From Candidatus Micrarchaeia archaeon (GTDB lineage: Archaea > Micrarchaeota > Micrarchaeia > CABMEP01): a stretch of DNA of 64,000 bases. The DNA lies in NCBI GenBank assembly GCA_038886535.1, contig JAVZXS010000001.1:192001-256000 (forward strand), written 5' to 3'. Below the pieces are notes generated by a model that had not been told where the DNA came from, did no database searches, and was given only the letters and a program-made list of their open reading frames with translations. Below are positions 59,554 through 64,000 of this stretch, piece after piece (the stretch's first letter is position 1; every line of letters begins with the position of its first letter). Both the position numbers and the translations under genes were made by a program.

Positions 59554-60027
59554 ATGTCAATGTCATCAATAAGAAGAATGGCATCCCAAATAACGGGAGC
59601 AGGAATAAGCAGGATAAAGTTCGATCCATCAAGATTATCTGAAATAGAGAAAGCAGTTACAAAAGACGATGTCCGTGCTCTTATAAAACAGAAGGCAATA
59701 CTGATTGAAAAAAAGAAAGGTGTTTCTAGAGCAATCGGAAGAATCCATGACGAAGAAAGAAGGTTAGGAAGAGCGCATAAAACTGCGAGAAGAAGAGGAA
59801 CACACTCTGCAAGAGCCGGAGGAAAGAAAGTTTGGATTAATAGAATAAGAGCACAAAGAGAATTGATTAAATCATTTAAGAAAAGAGGTTTGTTTATAAA
59901 TAATGCAGCATATAGAGAAACTTATCTAAAGATTAAAGGTGGAGCATTTCCAGATCGATCCAGAGTTCTACTTTATCTGACAGAGAAAGGTTATCTCAAA
60001 TCAAAGCCGACAAAAGAGAATAAATAA
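59554..60027 (+). CDS. rpl19e: 50S ribosomal protein L19e
   Basis: RIKFDP, KGVSR, WINRIRAQR, KGGAF. Confidence 0.94.
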   Translation: MSMSSIRRMASQITGAGISRIKFDPSRLSEIEKAVTKDDVRALIKQKAILIEKKKGVSRAIGRIHDEERRLGRAHKTARRRGTHSARAGGKKVWINRIRAQRELIKSFKKRGLFINNAAYRETYLKIKGGAFPDRSRVLLYLTEKGYLKSKPTKENK

Positions 60028-60096
60028 GCAATGCAAATTTAGTATTATTATGAGTATTATGAATATTAGATTATATTTAAAATAGAAGTGATAATT

Positions 60097-60714
60097 ATGG
60101 CAAAGGCAACAGGACCAACATACAAATTGGCTTTTAAGAGAAGGAGGCTTAATCTCACAAATTACAGAAAGAGATTGGCATTACTTAAATCTGGACTTCC
60201 AAGATTTGTTGTAAGGAAGTCAAATAGAAATGTAATTGCACAATGCATAGGTTTCACTCCAACTCATGATGAGGTAATTGCAAGAGCAGATGCAAGGGAA
60301 CTTACAAAATACGGTTGGAAGCAATCAACAAATCTTCCTTCAGCATATTTAGTTGGCTTTATGTGTGCAAAAAGAGCATTGGCTGCAGGAACAAAATCAG
60401 TTGTTCTTGATTCTGGTCTACACACACCTTCAAAAGGTTCATTCCTTTTCGCATGTGTGAAAGGAGCGATTGATGCAGGATTAGAGGTTCCTGTGGGTGA
60501 TATAGAATTCGATGAGGAAAGAATAAGCGGAAAGCACATATCTGATTATGCAAAGCAAATTGCAGGAACTGAAAAGTATAATAAACTATTCTCACAATAT
60601 CTGAAAAAGGGAATAAAGCCAGAAGAGATTAATTCTTTATTTGAAAAAGTAAAGGAACAAATCTCAAAAGAGAACTTTGGAGAAACTACCGCAAAGAAGA
60701 GTAAAAAGGCATGA
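60097..60714 (+). CDS. rpl18: 50S ribosomal protein L18
   Basis: RRR..TNYRKRL.LLKS, NLPSAYLVG, GAIDAGL. Confidence 0.95.
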   Translation: MAKATGPTYKLAFKRRRLNLTNYRKRLALLKSGLPRFVVRKSNRNVIAQCIGFTPTHDEVIARADARELTKYGWKQSTNLPSAYLVGFMCAKRALAAGTKSVVLDSGLHTPSKGSFLFACVKGAIDAGLEVPVGDIEFDEERISGKHISDYAKQIAGTEKYNKLFSQYLKKGIKPEEINSLFEKVKEQISKENFGETTAKKSKKA

Positions 60715-60775
60715 AATATGAACTTTGTTATTTATTAAGATATTAATTAAGTTTGTATTGTATGAGGTTGATTTG

Positions 60776-61438
60776 ATGAAACTTAGGAAAGGAAAGCAAA
60801 AAAGAGCTTCGGCAGTCGAGCAGTCTTTATTAGATTCATGGAATCCTAAGACAGAACTTGGAAGAAAGGTAAAGGCAAAAGAAATAGTTAGCCTTTATGA
60901 TGTCCTTAAATCAGGAAAACCGATATTAGAATCAGAGATAGTTGATGTTTTATTGCCAAATCTTATGCAGGAAACAATCGAATTGTCCTCAACCCAACGT
61001 ATGACTGACTCAGGTAGAAAAACAAAATATAGAGCAGTTGTTGTAGTTGGGGATGGAAAGGAATATATAGGTATTGGTCAAGGAAAGGCTGACGAAGTAA
61101 GGCCTGCAATAGAGGCAGCAGTAAGAGATGCGAAATACAATATAATTCATGTAAATCTTGGTTGTGGTTCATCACAATGCAACTGTGGTTCAAAGCACTC
61201 ACTTCCAATTCAGATCACAGGAAAGCATGGTGGAGTTAGAATTACATTAAAACCTGCACCTAGAGGAACTGGAATAGTAGCAAACAAAATAGTTAAGAAA
61301 GTTCTTCAGCTTGCAGGAATCAAAGACATCTGGACAAAGGCGGAGGGAAGAACGAAGAATAGGTTCAACACCTCCATGGCTGTAGTAGATGCTCTTGATC
61401 AGCTAAATAGAATAAGAGTTAAGAAAGAATTCAGTTAG
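60776..61438 (+). CDS. rps5: 30S ribosomal protein S5
   Basis: WNPKTELG, QRMTDSGR, PAPRGTG. Confidence 0.95.
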   Translation: MKLRKGKQKRASAVEQSLLDSWNPKTELGRKVKAKEIVSLYDVLKSGKPILESEIVDVLLPNLMQETIELSSTQRMTDSGRKTKYRAVVVVGDGKEYIGIGQGKADEVRPAIEAAVRDAKYNIIHVNLGCGSSQCNCGSKHSLPIQITGKHGGVRITLKPAPRGTGIVANKIVKKVLQLAGIKDIWTKAEGRTKNRFNTSMAVVDALDQLNRIRVKKEFS

Positions 61439-61499
61439 ATTCATGCGCATCTGAAAATAGAATTGAATTATATTATGTTAAAAATATGAAGTGATTGAT

Positions 61500-61922
61500 A
61501 TGGTTATAGCAATAGTTCGTGTTCGTGGTGTTGCAGGTATAAAACCTGACATAAGAAAGACAATGGAACTCCTTAGGTTAAACAAAAAACATCATTGTGT
61601 TGTTTATCCAAAAATGACAAAACAATTAGAAGGAATGCTAAAGGTAGCTAAGGATTATATCACATGGGGAGAAATAAGTCAAGAAACACTAAGAGAATTA
61701 GTTTTAAAAAGAGGACGACTCCCAGGGAATAAGAGAGTGGATGAAAAAGACGTTGATTCGATAGTTAAATCAATAGAAAAAGGAGAGGAAGTAAAGATAA
61801 AGCCTGTTTTCAGGCTTCACCCTCCAAGAAAAGGATGGGAAAGCATAAAACTCAGATATCCTGATGGTGCTCTTGGTCCAAGAGGAAAAGAAATGGATGA
61901 ATTAATATTAAGAATGGTGTGA
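61500..61922 (+). CDS. rpl30: 50S ribosomal protein L30
   Basis: AIVRVRG, DYITWGE, FRLHPPRKG. Confidence 0.95.
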   Translation: MVIAIVRVRGVAGIKPDIRKTMELLRLNKKHHCVVYPKMTKQLEGMLKVAKDYITWGEISQETLRELVLKRGRLPGNKRVDEKDVDSIVKSIEKGEEVKIKPVFRLHPPRKGWESIKLRYPDGALGPRGKEMDELILRMV

Positions 61923-61965
61923 TCGTTTATCTTGAAATTAAATTTGGATTAAATTGGTGATACTT

Positions 61966-62403
61966 ATGGTAAGAAGAGTTAAGAGCAAATATAAGAAATA
62001 TCTTGGAAGTAGAACATTTGGAGCAGGAAATACAAAGAATAGAAGAGGAAAGGGAAGCAGAGGAGGAAAAGGATACGCAGGGGCACACAAGCACAGATGG
62101 GCATGGATACTCAAATATGAACCAGATCACTTTGGAAAACATGGTTTCGTTAATAAAAACGCATCTCCAAAACTGGAATGTATAAACGTGAGAGAAATAA
62201 ACGATAAGGCAACTGCAGGAAAACTCGAGAAATCAGGTTCAATGTTTGTTTTCAACTTCCCTGGAAAAGTACTTGGTTCAGGTTCAATATCTGTTCCAGT
62301 TCATGTTAAAGCAGTAGCGGCAACAGAATCAGCAAAGAAAAAAATAGAAGCCGCCGGAGGTAAATTGGAAGCAAAGATAGTGGGTGCAGAAGAAAATCAA
62401 TAA
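61966..62403 (+). CDS. rpl15: 50S ribosomal protein L15
   Basis: RGKGSRGGKG, FGKHGF, KVLGSG, KIEAAGG. Confidence 0.95.
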   Translation: MVRRVKSKYKKYLGSRTFGAGNTKNRRGKGSRGGKGYAGAHKHRWAWILKYEPDHFGKHGFVNKNASPKLECINVREINDKATAGKLEKSGSMFVFNFPGKVLGSGSISVPVHVKAVAATESAKKKIEAAGGKLEAKIVGAEENQ

Positions 62404-62536
62404 TTTCATCGGTCAATCTAAGTTTTATAATTTCATTAATATAGTTAATTTGATTATCAGATTTGAGCGGTAGTGAATCATAATAACTATAACGATATAA
62501 ATATTCGAAAAATAAAACGATGGAGAGGTGTGTTAG

Positions 62537-63979
62537 TTGAAATTAAATTTTATTGAACCTGTAATTCCATTTCTTCCAGAAGTTAAAAATCCAGATCGTC
62601 CATTAGGCTTGAATGAAAAGATATTCTGGACACTTATCGTACTTATTCTGTATTTCACCATGTATCATATTGTTCCTTTTGCAGGAGAGCTGAAAGGAGG
62701 AACTTCCCTTGAATTCATTCAAACTGTTCTTGCAAGTAAAACAGGAACGTTATTGACAATCGGTATTGGTCCAATAATTCTTGCATCAATCTTTTTGCAG
62801 CTTTTTGCAGGAGCAAAGCTTATCGAGTTTGATCCGCATGATCCTGCTGATAAGAGAAGATTTAGTGCAACCCAGAAGGTTCTTGCAATAGTTCTTTCAA
62901 TAGTGGAGGCAGCATTGTTTGTAATCCCTGGAGTTTACGTTGGCCCAGATCCAAACTTCCCATCTGCATCTCTTGCAATAGGATTGATAATTACTCAGAT
63001 AGCATTTACATCCATACTTTTGATATTCCTAGATGAAGTAGTTTCAAGATATGGAATTGGCTCTGGAATTTCATTATTCATCGCAGCAGGAGTTTCATTG
63101 GCAGTTGTGCAAGGTAGCATCTCATTAATCTTTGGAGGCCATGGAATAGATCCTACACAGACAGTTCTTGGAAGATTGGCTGTTGGAGGTTCAGGTGCAA
63201 TCCCATCTGCACTCATAGCATTATTGCCGATCATATTTATGTTTGTTATAGTAGGTCTTTCAATATATGCAGAGGGTGTGAAAGTTGAAATTCCTTTGAC
63301 ATTTAGAGGATTTGGAACACGCTTCCCAGTGAAGTTTCTTTACGTTTCAGTTCTTCCAGTCATTCTTACATCAGCATTGCTAATGAATATTCAGCTTTTG
63401 TCAAGAGCTTTGCTTTACAACCACAGCTTTATGATAGGTGAGACAGATATAATACCTTACATCGGATTGGTAGATGCAAATGGACAGTTGAGAGATGGAA
63501 TTCTTTACATGATTTCACCCATAACAAACCCATTGTATGTTGGTTCTTATGAAGGTTATATAGCAACAATTTCAGGTTCAACTCCTTTGTTTGGAATTCC
63601 AGAGATAGTGCACATCTTGGTCTATCTTATCGTTTATGTTACATTGTGTGTTATTTTTGGAAGGTTCTGGATGGAGGCATCAAACATGTCTGCATCCGCT
63701 GTTGCAGAGCAGATAACACAAACAGGCCTTTCTATACCTGGCTTTAGATCTGATCCAAGAATTATTGAGCAGCTTCTTGACAAGTATATAACAACTATTG
63801 CAATACTTGGAAGCATGTTCGTAGGTTTCCTTGCAGTGCTTGCAGACCTTACTGGTGCAATAGGAACTGGAACAGGAATTCTTCTTACAGTTGGAATAAT
63901 ATCAAAGTTCTATGAAGATTTCAAGCAACAGAACCTTCTTGAAATGTATCCGGGAATTACAAAATTCTTGAAAGGTTAA
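62537..63979 (+). CDS. secY: Preprotein translocase subunit SecY
   Basis: LPEV..P, GIGPII, GIGSGISLFIAAGV, IPGFRSDPR, GTGILLTV. Confidence 0.97.
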   Translation: MKLNFIEPVIPFLPEVKNPDRPLGLNEKIFWTLIVLILYFTMYHIVPFAGELKGGTSLEFIQTVLASKTGTLLTIGIGPIILASIFLQLFAGAKLIEFDPHDPADKRRFSATQKVLAIVLSIVEAALFVIPGVYVGPDPNFPSASLAIGLIITQIAFTSILLIFLDEVVSRYGIGSGISLFIAAGVSLAVVQGSISLIFGGHGIDPTQTVLGRLAVGGSGAIPSALIALLPIIFMFVIVGLSIYAEGVKVEIPLTFRGFGTRFPVKFLYVSVLPVILTSALLMNIQLLSRALLYNHSFMIGETDIIPYIGLVDANGQLRDGILYMISPITNPLYVGSYEGYIATISGSTPLFGIPEIVHILVYLIVYVTLCVIFGRFWMEASNMSASAVAEQITQTGLSIPGFRSDPRIIEQLLDKYITTIAILGSMFVGFLAVLADLTGAIGTGTGILLTVGIISKFYEDFKQQNLLEMYPGITKFLKG

Positions 63980-64000
63980 TTGCTTTAATGCATTGCAAAT

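Noticed and set aside
49612..63979. Many short antisense ORFs in the r-protein operon
   Set aside because: Shadows of well-supported + strand genes.
1..64000. Transposases, integrases, tRNA introns and att-site duplications
   Set aside because: No such motifs were recognised; all three tRNAs are intronless and no duplicated tRNA 3' ends were noticed.

Overview
AT-rich archaeal chromosome segment. The lineage is probably DPANN, most likely Micrarchaeota-like. This is inferred from gene content, separate priL/priS genes and a giant surface protein; no phylogeny was run. The left part (1-26 kb) is mixed or accessory: partial apgM, a Nudix hydrolase, a 2718-aa beta-helix/Ig surface protein coupled to two Cys-rich membrane proteins, a protein resembling a bacterial outer-membrane beta-barrel, Nre and XPF repair genes, a PIN/UPF0175-like pair, a wHTH gene with palindromic operator-like sites and GC-rich structured flanks, tRNA-Ile, tRNA-Lys, a TRAM protein and a reduced RNase P RNA. 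The middle (26-49 kb) holds a bacterial-type MetRS, MCM, a presenilin-like protease, aIF2b, aIF1A, Rio1, NAC, tRNA-Cys, CysRS, Pol IV, a box C/D sRNA, the priL-priS-(HEAT pseudogene)-GINS-L44e-S27e-aIF2a-Nop10-PAC2 cluster, an intact bacterial MEP-pathway dxr, desulfoferrodoxin and rubrerythrin. The right part (49.6-64 kb) is the archaeal L3-to-secY ribosomal protein superoperon, with a structured 5' leader and an extra 58-codon ORF between L24 and S4e. No CRISPR array, IS element or rRNA was seen. All calls come from reading motifs by eye; no database searches were run.
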